Shown here piece by piece: positions 37,821 to 50,365 of a DNA stretch of 64,000 nt. Both the position numbers and the translations under genes were made by a program. The notes beneath the pieces are model-generated. The model was not told the DNA's origin. It made no database searches and saw nothing but the letters and a program-made list of their open reading frames with translations. The DNA comes from the human T2T-CHM13v2.0 reference genome, Homo sapiens. How positions within the stretch are numbered: position 1 is the stretch's first letter; each line of letters begins with the position of its first letter. Location of the stretch: assembly GCF_009914755.1 (NCBI RefSeq), contig NC_060935.1. One strand, given 5' to 3'.

Positions 37821-40077
37821 CATCAGGCCTGTTTGTTTCAACACTGGCAGAAAATCTTTTGAAAATGGTGTGAGTGTGCTACTTCTGCACGGTCCATAGT
37901 TAGGGGCAGGGAAGCAAAGTGCTGATTTTGGAGTGAGGGGATGTGAACTGGGGGCCTGCTGCTGTCAGGCAGACTTGGAGTAACTTATTAGGCCTGTCTG
38001 AGCCTTGGTTTTTCCACCTAGAAAATAGGGGTGCAGACAGAGAAACCCCAAAGGTGCTTTTGGCCCTGACTCTTGGAGTCTGCATAGTTTTCTGAGGGTC
38101 TTCTTTATTTTGATGGCTAGTTCTCACCATCTTGGCCCAGAAATGCAGCTTGAAATGAGCACAGTGGCATGAGGTGAGGGCAGAGAGCAAATTGAACATG
38201 TACTGACCAGAAGGCCCCCTAAGCAGCCTTCCTGCTGAGAACTCACTGTCTTGCAACTCCTTTCTACAAAGTGCAAAAGAACAAAAAAGCTAATTCTGCC
38301 TGAGGCAGCATAGCAAAAACAAGGTCCTCCTGGTTTCTCAAGTTCACTCAGAGAAGAAAGAGAAAGCAGATTTGAGAGAGAGCGTATAGATCTGGAGTGA
38401 CTGGTAATACATGGGGGAAACAGTAGGTATTGATTTCATTCCATTGCTTATTTTCCCACCTTGTTCCGATGAGGATTCAAGGCAGGGGGACTTAGGAGTT
38501 GGTGATGCCTAAGGGGTTCACAAGGCCATTCACTGAGAAAGGAATAGACTCAATGAATATAGCTGATTGAGTCTAGAAACACAACGTTGTAAGCTTGTCT
38601 CCATCAGGAAAATGAGACTGGCCGGACAAATGGACTGATTTGTCAATTTGACGGCTGTCCTACTGGCTTAATTTTTGGCACCTGGAGAAATGCAGCCTTT
38701 GGGGCAGTCCACCTTGCTGTCAGCATTGTGATTAAAGGCTCAGGAGGAAAGACCTGGGCCTGCTTGCGATGGGGAAGCCAGCAGGAGCCGCTGAGAACCT
38801 CTTGAAAGAACTCTCTTCCCAGACTCCAGACATCGGAAGAGCTTTCCCATCAAAGCAGCATCAGCAGAAGCACCCGAATTCTTGCCACTTCATCTTTGTT
38901 GTATTTTATTGACGTTAAACTGATACTGAAATTTCATTTCCAGAAACCTTTCCTGGACCATTTCTCTGAGGAAGGAAGCTAGCCCATTAGTGAGCCACTC
39001 AAGTGGCCCGTGGCAGTCTCTCAGGAATTCTCAGAGCTTGCGGCTCCCAAGTGGTGCTGGGTATGTGTGTACATGTGCACGAGGGACAGACAAGCGCAAT
39101 GACACTGTCACTATCAGGAAATCACAAACAACAGGATTGTTTTCAAGGTGAGGCCTGGGCTCTTCATCCTCCAGAAACCAACAGAGCCTAAAGGGAAATC
39201 TCACAGGCACGGCCACGTGTCCAGACCCAGACAAGCGCACAGGGCCCATGACACAGAAGCACCCAACATGCACCTCTGAGCCCAGACACACGTCTGCTTT
39301 CAGGCACGTGCACAGGTGTTTACACCTTTAGATGCCTGCAGAGTCCTCACATCCCAGACACACAGGCACACACTGGGGCCACGGAGGGTGGTCTCTACAA
39401 GCTGAAAGTTTACCACATTAGGGACTCCTTGGCTGAGCACCAGCTGTGGAGGATTTCCAATCTGATGATCTCAGAACTCCCTAAAGTGTCAATATGTTCA
39501 TTTTCACAGCTGTTTCTTCATCACCTTCTTCCCAGAAGGCCTTAGAGAGAGTACTCCAGGCAGAAGATGAGTAACACAGTCCTTTGGGAGCTTACAATCT
39601 TCTGAGAGTAGCAACAGGTAAGATGGTGTTAAGGAGAGAGGCAGGCAGAAAGGGAGAGGAAGTGTAAACTTTCTCAGGGTCAAGTCTGACTTCTTTACTG
39701 TTGGATATCCAGAGCCCAGCAAGGTGGGAGCACCTAGTATAGCTTCATAAATAATTATGTAATGAATTGATTCAGGGCTATTGCAGGCCAACCTTACTTG
39801 GTCTCTCTATATGCCTCTCTGCCACCCAGAGTACCATGTCCACACTCCTTATAGCCTGCCTTCCAGGGTCAGAACCTGTCTTCCCACCTCATGTCCTATC
39901 CCACTGCCCCATAGCTGCCTCTCTACTCTTTATTCCTGTTCCACTGAGCCTCTCCCCATTTCTCTAGGACTCCAGGGCCTTCCAGGTCTCAGGGCCTTTA
40001 TGAAAACTTTCCCTCTGCGTACTTTTCTGTCTGGTGAGCTCTTTTTCACCCTTTCAGATGCATATCAAATATCCTCT

Positions 40078-40480
40078 TGCTATGGTTTGAATGTGTCCTC
40101 TCCAAAATTCACTTTGAAACTTGATCCCCAATGCAACAGTATTAAGAGGTGTGACCTTTGGGAGGTGGTTAGGTTATGAGAGCTCTACCCCTGTGAATAG
40201 ATTAGTGCCTTATAAAAGGGGTGGAGGGAACTAGCTCGGCCCCCTTTTGTTGCCTCTTCTGTTCCCTCTGCCATTTGAGGACACAGTGCTCCTCCCCTCT
40301 GGAGGATGTGGCAGCAAAAAGTGCCATTTTGAAAGCAGAGACCAAGCCCTCACCAAAAATCAAACCTGTTTCATCTTGATCTTAGACTTCCAGTCTCTAG
40401 AACTGTGAGAAATAAATTTGTTCTTTATAAATTACCCAACCTCAAGTATTTTGTTACAGCATTATTAATAGCTGAAGATA
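40078..40480 (+). mobile_element. MSTD/MSTC-type MaLR solo LTR
   Basis: tgctatggtttgaatgtgtcc...gaactgtgagaaataaatttgttctttataaattaccc. Confidence 0.85.
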
Positions 40481-41469
40481 CCAGTCTTCTGTAGTTTCCA
40501 CAGCTTTTCCTTCTCCTTCCCTCTCTTCTCAAGTCAGAGTTCACTGCAGCCTCCAAAGAGCTCCAAAAGGCCTACCTTCCTCCTTTTGTGGCCATCTCCC
40601 CACAGCAAGTGGCTCCAGTGGGCAGGCATATCCTACTCATTCCAGAGCCTGCCACCCACTAAGTGAAGTTGCTGGAGACCTAGCAAGGTGCCACCACAGC
40701 TCCAGGGCCTGGCTCTGGGCTTTGTAAGTCCCTTAGCTGGCCCCCTCCCATTTGAGTGGGAACAGGAGAAGCAGTGGATGCCACACATGGGAACCACACA
40801 GGGAAGAAGCGAGCCGGAGCACAGACTATACTACACCTGCTTTAGGGCTGCTGTAATCACCCACGCCTGGCCCCGGGACACATAGGAGGCTGTGATTCCC
40901 ATCTCTCCGTGTCCCTGCCTCCAAGCCTGTGGCTCCTGTAGTCACCTGTCCCAATTAACCCTCCTGAAGCTCTTTTCTTGAGAGGCCCCTGGGTATGAAA
41001 CATCATTAAGGACATATCTCTCCCAGGTTAAACTCCCCAGTGCGAAAGAGATGCTGGTCTACCTTTCAGCTGGAAAATCTGGGACAGCCAGGCTGGGTTA
41101 GTGGGAGCAGGAGCTGTGGGCCCTGCCTGCTCCCTTAGGGAAGCCCAAACTAATTAATACCTGGTTGGCCCACTCGGCAAAATAAACACATAAAATGAGG
41201 TGGTTTAACATCTTTTTTCTTCATTGATTTATTTAGATTTCTAAAAGGTCACAGTCAATTTGTTTTTCCACTGGACAGAAACCTGGAATGAGTAAAGGGT
41301 TGAGAGCTGCAAATGAATTCAACTACAAAAACACTGGGCTGTCTTTAGGCGTCAAATGATGGCGTTACGCTCTGCATATAGAGATGAAGGAGATGCACCT
41401 CAGCCTTCCGGGAGCTTCCTTGTTCACATTCAGACTCAAAGGCAACTCCTTAGCACCTTTGATATGCCC

Positions 41470-41650
41470 AGGAACAGCACAGTGATTATTATACTTACTC
41501 CTCTCAGCAATCCCCATAGGGAGGTATTATGATCATTTTTATTTCACAGAGGAGGAGATGGAGACTCAGAAAGTTCACTGATTTGTCTACGGTCAAGCAG
41601 CCATTGGGAGAGTTGGGCTTTGAACCCAGGTCTGTGTAGCTCCCAACATT
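41470..41650 (-). mobile_element. MIR SINE
   Basis: atttcacagaggaggagatggagactcag...ctttgaacccaggtctgtg. Confidence 0.7.
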
Positions 41651-42059
41651 GATAGTCTTATTTTCATAAGAGATGGGTCCATCTTTAGTCCAGTGGAGAT
41701 TGTTGAAAGTTTTTGGAGAATGCTTTTTTAGTTTTAATTTATCACGACAACCCTAGGAAGTAGGCATCAAGGTCCTTATTTTATCACTGAGAAAGTGAAA
41801 TTCAGAGTTATCTGCCCCAGCTTGGAAATCATAGTCAAGATCAGAATTAAAAACTTTTAGTTTGACCTCTTGGTGATGTGGGATGGCTCTCTGTAGGGCC
41901 ATGGAGGGAAAATAAGGCCCCTAGCGGGGGTATGCTTGATGACAAGTCCCCAGGAGGCCTGCATCCCATCTAAGGACAATTCTGCAAGGGCTACAATGGC
42001 CTTTGTCACCAAATCTCATATCAATTCTGCCTCTCTGGCATAACTGGGTTCTAGAAAAA

Positions 42060-42700
42060 GGTCCCAAACCATTAAAACCTTTAATGTCCCAGGATAAAGT
42101 TCAGACTCCTTCACAAAGCAGGTCCTTTAAGGTCCGCCTTCTGGGGTCTCTCCAATTCAGCGCTGTACCTTTGAGCCCTTGTGAATGTCTCTGAATGTGC
42201 AGTTAGACTCTTCTCACTGAACTGCTGGTTCTGCTTGGGCCTGGAAGGCCCTGTCCCACAGGCCCACTAGGCAGATTCCTATGCATCTTTCATGATTCCA
42301 TGTGGATCACATTTCCTCTGACATTCCTCTGAACATGTAAAGATGCTGAATATCATTCATCATTAGGGAAATCCAAATCAAAGCCACAATGAGATACCAC
42401 TTCAAACCCGCAAGGAAACAAAAAAGACATTAAAAAGTATTGAAAAGGATGTAAAATGATCTCTCCTTTCTCTACATTTCTGTGGCCCCCTTTATGCCTA
42501 CATTATAGTCTTGATCATGTTTGGTAGCAATTGTTTGTATAGAGTCCAATATCCCTCATCAGATTGGGTGGCCCTTAGGAGCAGAGACCCAGATGGATTT
42601 CTTTCTGTGTGACCCGATACTCCAGGGCCTGGCACAGGAAAGGAGCTTCATAAATCGTTGCTGAATGAATTAATGAAGTGACTGCTGAATAAATGAATGG
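42060..42700 (+). mobile_element. L2 3' fragment interrupted by a locally copied L1 piece
   Basis: ggcctggcacaggaaaggagcttcataaatcgttgctgaatgaat is an L2 terminus. Confidence 0.6.
42331..42456 (+). repeat. 126-bp duplicate of L1 segment 45205-45653 lacking the Alu
   Basis: gaacatgtaaagatgctgaatatcattcatcattagggaaatccaaatcaaagccacaat...gtattgaaaaggatgtaaaa, near-identical to the donor. Confidence 0.9.
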
Positions 42701-43477
42701 CCACAATTCAAAACTCTCTTTTAGACATGTTCAGGGACTCACATCATTATCTTTACTGCAGAGAAACTGCTGGCTTCCAGGGTGCAATCTCATACTCTGG
42801 CTTCTCTGTTCTAACCAATTTCAGCCAGTAACATTCTTTCCTCATTTTTACGTGTTAAAAAACAACAAAAACAAACACTTGATTCTTTTGTTAACCTGAA
42901 TGGCAAGCTATTAATACTTGTGGATATTTTGATTTTCTAGGAGGACAGGATGGATTCCAGGGGAGATAATGGTGTAAGCATTGGTCTTGTTCAGCATGTG
43001 GTCCAGAGGCCAATCTCTTATCTGTTATGAAGGAGAAAGTTTTGCTTCAATGGAGTATTTATTCAGGCATTTGTGTGGAAATATTTAAAATTGGAAAAAA
43101 AAAACTGCAGGAAAAAGGCAGGAATTATAGCATTCTGTCCCAGGCTGGGTCCCCAGTATTAAGCACCTTGCCTGGCATAATGGCCAGAGACTCACTGCCC
43201 TGCCCGTAAGGAAATTTTCAGGCTTCACTGCAGTGTTGTTTCTGGCATTTGTAGGATGTTGTTGTTGTTGTTTTTCTGACACAAGCACATGATAAGGCAT
43301 GACTATTAGCTGTAGTAAGCCTTGTTCTTATCACCACCTTTTAAAGTTTTCCAAAATACAGTCAAGATTAACACAAATTCTTTATAAAACTCTTACAAGA
43401 AATACAAAAGGAGGGAATCCTTCCAACTCATTCTATGAGACCAGCATTATTCTGATAGTAAAATCAGACAAAGACAT

Positions 43478-43487
43478 CACACACACA

Positions 43488-43523
<36 letters not shown>
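43478..43523. repeat. (CA)n microsatellite within L1
   Basis: interrupted CA run. Confidence 0.95.
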
Positions 43524-43524
<1 letters not shown>

Positions 43525-45228
43525 GTACAGATGAATATCTCCCAAAAATAGAAAAATACAAATTTTTATAAAAATATAAAAATCTTCAATAAGATAACAT
43601 TAAATTGAATCCAACAACACGTAAAAAGAACTATACACCATGACCAAGTGGGATTTATTAAGGAATTCAAGGTCGGTTTAACATACAAAAACCAATCAAT
43701 GTAATAGACCACATTAAGACCATAAAAGACAAAAACCACACGATTATGTCATTAGACATGGAAAAAGCATTTCACAAAATCTAACATCCTTTTGTGACAA
43801 AAAAACCCAACAAACTATAAATAGAAGAAATACTTAACTTGATAGAGGTCATCTACAAAAAACTCACATCTAACATTCTACTTAATGGTGAAAGACTAAA
43901 AGCTTTCCCCCTAAGATTAGAAACAAGGCAAGGTGACTGCTCTCATCACTTCTTTGAATACTGTACTGGAGGTTCTAACCAGGAAAATTAGTTAACAAAA
44001 AGAAATAAAGACATTCAGATTGGAGAAACGAAGAAATAAAACTATCTCTACTCATCAATAACAAGGTCTTATATATAGAAAATCCTAAGGAATCCACAAA
44101 AGAGCTATTAGAATAAACAAGTTCAGCAAGTTTGAAGGATACCAGATCAATGTACAATCAGTTGTATTTCTATACACTAGCAATGAACAATCCAAAAATG
44201 CAATCAAGAAAATAATTCCATTTATAATAGCATCAAAAAGGATAAAGTATTTAAGAATAAATTTAAAAAAAGAAGTGAAAGACTTGTATACTAAATATTA
44301 TAAAACAGATTAAAAAGAAATTAAAGCCGCCTTGAATAAATGGGAAGATATCTCATGTTTGTGGATTGGGAGATTTAATATTGTTTGGATAAAAATATTC
44401 CCCAAATTTATTTATAGATTTAATGTATTCCCTACCAAAATCTCAGCTGGATTCTCTTTTGTAGAAATTTACTAGTGTATCCTGAACTTTATATGGAAAT
44501 GCAAGGAACACAGAATATTCACATAATCCTTAAAAAGAAGAACAACGTTGGAGGAACCCCACATCTCAATGTCAAAATTTACTACGAAGCTACAGTATTC
44601 AAGATAATGTGGTACTGGCATATGAGTAGATATATAGATCAATGGAATCAAATTTAGAGTCTTGAAATAAACCCTCACATTTATAGTCATTTGATTTTTG
44701 ACAAGAGTACCAAGACAATTCAATAAGAAAGTCTTGTCAGGAAATGATGCCAAGATAACTGAATATCCACATGCGAAAGAATGAAGTTTGCTCCAGACCT
44801 CACACAAAATACAAGGATTAACTCAAAGTGGATCATAGATCCATGTGTAAATCTAAAAATATAAAACTCTTAAGAGAAAACAGGAATAAATTTTCATTAC
44901 TTTAGATTAAGCTATGGTTTCTTAGATGTGACACCAAAAGCACAAGTGACAAAAGAAAAAATGTAGATACATTGGACTCTTTCAAAATGAAAAAGTTTTG
45001 TTCTTCAAAGAACATTATCAAGAGAGTAAAAAGATAACTCACAGAATGGGAAAAAAATTGCAAATCATATATCAGACAATTGTATCCAGAATATATAAAG
45101 AACTCTTATAACTCAACAATAAACAACATAAAACCCAAATTAAAAAATAGGCAAAGGACTTGAATAAATATTTCTCCAAAGAAGACAAGAAAAAATTGCC
45201 ATAAGAACATGTAAAGATGGTGAATATT

Positions 45229-45535
45229 GGCCAGGCACGGTGGCTCACGCCTGTAATCCCAGCATACTTTGGGAGGCAGAGGTGGGCAGATCACGAGGTC
45301 AAGAGATCAAGACCATCCTGGCCAACATGGTGAAACCCCGTCTCTACTAAAAATACAAAAATTAGCTGGGCATGGTGGTGGGCATCTGTAGTCCCAGCTA
45401 CTTGGGAGGATGAGGCAGGAGAATTGCTTTAACCTGGGAGGCAGAGGTTGCAGTGAGCCAAGATCTTGTCACTGCACTCTAGCCTGGCAACAGAGAAAGA
45501 CTCAGTTTCAAAAAAATAAATAAATAAAAAAAAAA
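45229..45535 (+). mobile_element. AluSc inserted in L1
   Basis: gatcacgaggtcaagagatcaagaccatcctggccaacatgg and cctggcaacagag diagnostics; diverged TSD aaagatggtgaatatt / agagatgctgagtatc. Confidence 0.95.
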
Positions 45536-46643
45536 GAGAGATGCTGAGTATCATTCATCATTAGGGAAATCCAAATCAAAGCCACAATAACATACCACTT
45601 CAAACCCACAAGGAAATAAAAAAGACATAAAAAGTATTGAAAAGGATGTAAAAAAATTGGAAATGTCATACATTGCTGGTGGTATTGTGAAATGGCGTAG
45701 CTATATTTGAAAATAGGTTGGCAGTTGCTAAAAATGTTAATCATAGTGTTGCCATATGACCTAGCAATATCACTGCTAGATATATACCCCAAAGAACTGA
45801 AATTTATGTCCACATAAAAACTTGTCCATGAATGTTCATAGCATCATTATTCATAATAGTTAAAAATGGAAATAACCCTAATGCCCATCAACTGATAAAT
45901 GGATAAACAAAATGTGGTATGTGTGTGTGTGTGTGTGGGTGGGTATGGGTGTTGGTGTATCAAGAATAAAGTATTGATTCATGCCTAACATGGATAAACC
46001 TTGAAGACATTATGCTAAGTGAAAAAAACCAAAAAAAAAACAGACACAAAGGCAACATCTTGTATGATTCCATTTATATAAAATGTTCAGAACAGGCAAG
46101 TCCATAAAGAGGGAGAAAGTAGATTAGTGGAGTGGTTGGCAAGGGCTAGGGGGAGCAGGGTATGGGGAATGACTGCTAATGAGCAAAGGGTTTCTTTTTT
46201 GGGGTGATGAAATGTTCTAAAGTTAGATTGTGGTGATGGTTGCACAACTCTGTGAATAGACTAAAAAAATACTGAAATGTTACTTTAAAAGGGTAAATTT
46301 TATAGCACGTGAATTATATCTCAATAATGCTGCTACAGAAAACGTATGCAAGAAAGAGGCTATAGGGAATGTGGAAAAAATGGAAACAGCTGATTTGCTA
46401 GAAGTGGTGCAATGAAAGGTGATTGTATTTCTGTTTTCTTTTATTATTGTTTCCATGTTGTTTGCACAATAATAATGTGAAAAAAAGAGAAAGGGAGCGA
46501 GAGAAAATGAAGTAGAGAATATGAGCACTCGCTCTGGAGTCCAGGAGTCTAAGGCCATCATCCCTTGCTCTACTAGTTACTATGTATTCTGGGTAAGTGG
46601 CTTCACGTTTGACCTCAATTTTTGTTTTCTATAAGTAGAAATA

Positions 46644-46965
<322 letters not shown>

Positions 46966-49584
46966 AAGTGGAAATAACACAAACCTTTAGGACTGGCGTG
47001 AGGATTACATAAGCAGATATGAAGCAGGTACTCATCATTCTAATTTTCTTTCATCTTCATTTATTTCCTCAAACAATTATGGAGCATCTATTACATAATT
47101 GGGAAATAGATGAATTAAGATTGGACCTCATTCTTAAACATCTTAGAATTTAGAGAGGAAAACAAACACATAAATAAATTTTAAAAGTTCATCAGGAAAC
47201 TTGATAGCCACAAATAGCATGTTGGATAAGCTGTCTGCATAGACCACATACATTCAGGAACTTGTGTTGGGAGCTATTGGTGAAGGGGCCAGACCAAGAA
47301 ATAAAAACTCGTAGGAGATAGAATTTTACATTTGCATATGTTTGTTGCGAAGTGTGCTTTCATGTGTATTATCACATGCAATTCTCAGAGAATGCTACTA
47401 AGGAAAGTAGTATTGCCCTACTTTATAAACGAGAAGACTAAGTCTTGGAGGGATCATGAGAGTGTTCTCGTTTTATAAAACCAGCACATGGGGCAGGATG
47501 ACTTTCACTCTGCCCTGGTGGCCTCTTCTGAACATTCTTGGTTACATGCCATTAGAAAGGAAGATGGAATAGGTGAAGTACCAGAAAATGAAGAGGAATC
47601 TTCTCCACATCATGGCTGGTAGAAAGTATTGGGTACGGAACCTAGTCTCCTCAGGGTCCAGTGAGAAAGCGTGCCAGATGATGACCCCCAGACCCATCCA
47701 GCCCTGGGTCATCCAACAAAGATTTAATGTAGTCCTTGAGAAAATATCCATGTTCTGTAGATCATGAATGTCTAGTAAACACTTCTCCAGAGACCTCACT
47801 AAGTAATGAGTTGGGGGTGAGGAAGGGAAACATCCATCATTTATAGAGCACCTATATTATACTCCTGGTTCCCCAACAAGTAGGGTGCTTGATGCATTAT
47901 AATGGCCATTTTCAACACTGACACTGAGGTAACACTGAGGACCAGAAAGGTCAAGTGACTGTCTAAGATCACATAGCAAATCTGTAGCAAAAAAGAGAGT
48001 GAGGACTCAAATCAGCCCATCTTTTCACTCATCATGAGGATTCTAGATTCTTCCCTAGGCAAAAAAGTAATTGTCTCAAGGGCAGAGGGTATTATCAACA
48101 AACTGTCAGAGCTCAGAAGTCACACTGCATCAGGAAGCTGTGGGGCCCATGTCTGCTATTTAAGCAACACCAAAAACACATCAGCCCACACCTTAAGGGT
48201 GAAGGAGTGGGATGCTTAGCTGAATATCTGGTACAGAATAGGGGCCTCAGTGGGAACCCCAACAGCCTAATTGATCTTTGGTTTCAATGGAACTGGCCCT
48301 CAGCTAAAAGCAAAAGACCTCTCTACCAAATACCTCTTCCTTGAAGGAGAAGGATGGTAGATATAGGCACAGGCATTCAGCACAGAAACCCAGGTTGGTC
48401 CCCTTGTGAAACTGCTAGGCTTTTGGCACCTGGCCAGCTGGACTGGCCACAGTTCTCATTTATCAAAAGCCATAACCAGCCCTTTACTTGGCTTCAGTGT
48501 CTCCCCAACCCTTAGACCCTGACTGTGAGTTTGTGATCCCAAAGTCTCCTTACCACTGGAATATCTTCAGAAGTAAATGAAACAGTAAGCTAGTAGACTT
48601 AAAAGCCAGGCTGTGCCTAGCACTCTATACTCTGTTCAGTGAAAGCAGAAATGTCCCCAGCTCACCCACTGGGGTGAAGTAACTCTTATCACTCTGCAGT
48701 TATTCACAATGACCTGTGGGATTGACAATCAAACTATGTAGACTTCTCCGCTGATTCCACAGGGAACTCTGGCAAAGCTCAGTAAAGAGAATCTGGATTC
48801 ATGAAGAGATCATCCCAACAAATATTTCAAAGGTACGGAAGAAAGAGCACAGGCTTTGGGAGACAACAGACCTACGATAAATCCCAGCTTATCTTCAGAT
48901 CCATGATAACACCCGGCTCTGTCTCTTGCAAGACGTTACATCTTCTGAAAGCATCTTGAGAGAGCTAAGTGTCAGCTTCTTTCCTGGCTAATGTGAATGT
49001 AATTTGCTGTTTGTATGGAGGCTAGAGAGGCTAAGCAGGTGGACAGATTTAGTGGATGATTGGAAATATAAAACTAGGGGGAAGGAGGGATGTCTAAGGT
49101 GGGCTGCTGGTTGAAATAAGAATGGGTGAGATGACAAGATAGTGTGTGGTAAATTAAAAAAGAGAAAAAAAAAATGAACCATAGGGAAAACTGCATTTAC
49201 TAGGGTAAGGGGAAAATAAGTCAGAGCTTGGATGAAGTGTGGTGAGAGGCCATCATAAGGAAAAATAAGAGAAAATCTTGTCTCCCAGGAGACGTACAGG
49301 GAATTGTCTAAGGTTTGCCAACTGTTTGATCTTGAAAGAGCAATCATAACACTCGAGACTTATTATGACACCATCAATAAATGTTTCCTACACGTGTAGA
49401 GGGCAAAGGTAGCAAATAGGATCCTTTTTCATGAGCAAATTCCAGATGATTGATAATGTTTATCCAAAGTATTGTGTTTGAAAAAATTCTGAGCCCTCAT
49501 CTGAATGCAGTGGTAAAGAGTTGTTTCAACAGTGGTGTTTGCAGGGGAGTGGGAGAAAAGAATGGCAGCCCACAGGCCAAATGT

Positions 49585-49990
49585 AGTTAATGCTGTGATG
49601 TGCCACCCTGACTACCTTCTTTGGGACTGAGACACTCATTCCTCCAGCTGCAGGGACTGTTGCTGTTGGCTGCTGACAGGTATCAGTTGAGTCTCCAGGA
49701 ATGGCCTTCAGCCCAAGAGAGCTGTCACCTGTGGGCAGTCCACAGCTGTCACTGCAGTGGGCAACAAGGCCAACTCCCTTTGGCTCAATGTGAGACATCT
49801 GAAGACCATCCCAGCTCCAGAGTTCCCTGTGGAATCAGCTGACATTTTTGCTGTGATTGCTTTGCAGCTCAACTCCTCCCTTTCTTCCCTTACTCCCTTA
49901 CAGGTGCTGATCCTAAGAGCATGCTCCAATAAACTTTCTGCATGCAAATCTCTGTCCTAGAGTCTGGTTCTGGCGAATTCAACCTACTAC
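49585..49990 (+). mobile_element. LTR16-type ERVL solo LTR
   Basis: ggccttcagcccaagagagctg...ccatcccagctccagagttccctgtgg...aataaactttctgcatgcaaatctctgtc...aacctactaca. Confidence 0.75.
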
Positions 49991-50213
49991 ATCAAGTATT
50001 TGCCATTCCTGCACAAACTATACCTCTCTCTGCTTAGCTAATAGCTTGTCATCTATGTTTACTTACTCCTCAACAAAGGAAGACTCAACGTTAACCAAGG
50101 GGAATAATTTGTAATCCATTAGCTTTCTCTTTTTCCCTTGGTGGCAAGGTAATTCAAAGATAAGTTATCAATTCTTTCTTCTCTTTTGCCTAGGTTAGAG
50201 GTAAGTTTCTACC

Positions 50214-50365
50214 TTTTTTCTTTCTTTTTCTTTTTCTTTTTTTTTAAGTAGAGATGGGGTTTTGCCATGTTAGCCAGGCGGGTCTTGAACTCCTGACCTC
50301 AGGTGATCCGCCCACCTCAGCCTCCCAAAGGGTTGGGATTACAGGCATGAGCCACTGCTCCCAGC
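50214..50365 (-). mobile_element. Alu left monomer only, with TSD
   Basis: gacctcaggtgatccgcccacctcagcctcccaaag (AluS-type); TSD agtttctac on both sides. Confidence 0.9.

Larger units (their letters stand above)
43360..46335 (+). mobile_element. L1MB-type LINE-1, 5'-truncated (decayed ORF2 RT to 3'UTR)
   Basis: ccaactcattctatgagaccagcatta...aaagctttccccctaag...gtggtactggca...gtgatggttgcacaactctgtgaata...gaattatatctcaataa; many stops and frameshifts. Confidence 0.93.

Noticed and set aside
43299-44807. ORFs with L1 ORF2 similarity (e.g. NSFYETSII, WYWH)
   Set aside because: Fragments of a dead L1; not an intact reverse transcriptase gene
46143-46167. G-quadruplex motif
   Set aside because: Ordinary G-rich tract of the L1 3'UTR
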